A DNA stretch of 62,844 nt, the filler included, from Octopus bimaculoides (Eukaryota), in NCBI RefSeq assembly GCF_001194135.2. It is 3 parts of 3 records of this genome, joined end to end, with 100 filler letters (N's around TTAATTAATTAA, not from the genome) between each part and the next. Parts side by side here need not be neighbours in the genome. Positions count along the whole stretch, not along the records: positions 38,345 to 62,844 come from NC_068997.1; 2 more parts are not named here. One strand, 5' to 3'. How positions within the stretch are numbered: position 1 is the first letter of the stretch; every line of letters starts with the position of its first letter. Below are positions 62,769 to 62,844 of this stretch, one piece after another. Below the pieces are notes generated by a model, which ran no database searches, was not told the DNA's origin, and was given only the letters and a program-made list of their open reading frames with translations. The translations under genes and the position numbers were made by a program.

Positions 62769-62844
<76 letters not shown>

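Overview
AT-rich, repeat-saturated animal genomic DNA with many N gaps. The SINE families, microsatellite load and mollusc-type 5S sequence are most consistent with an octopus (coleoid cephalopod) draft assembly; this is inferred, not confirmed by a search. No intact protein-coding gene can be supported, and almost all ORFs in the track are microsatellite or gap artefacts. Recognisable content: two abundant tRNA-derived SINE families plus other SINE-like repeats; three internally deleted Tc1/mariner elements (two DD34D, one DD37D/maT) with TIRs; two pogo/Tigger relics; a probable THAP-domain relic; RTE, R4/Dong (RLE) and Penelope-like (RT, GIY-YIG) fragments; and a truncated 5S rRNA pseudogene. 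The most interesting unexplained structure is RNA-structural. It includes several hammerhead-ribozyme-like motifs (one near-complete at 52851-52909, 179 nt downstream of a remnant), a ~400-bp inverted duplication, a pair of perfect adjacent hairpins, an alternating-orientation triplicated module and a degenerate ~33-bp array next to the 5S relic. All coordinates were read by eye and repeat boundaries are approximate.
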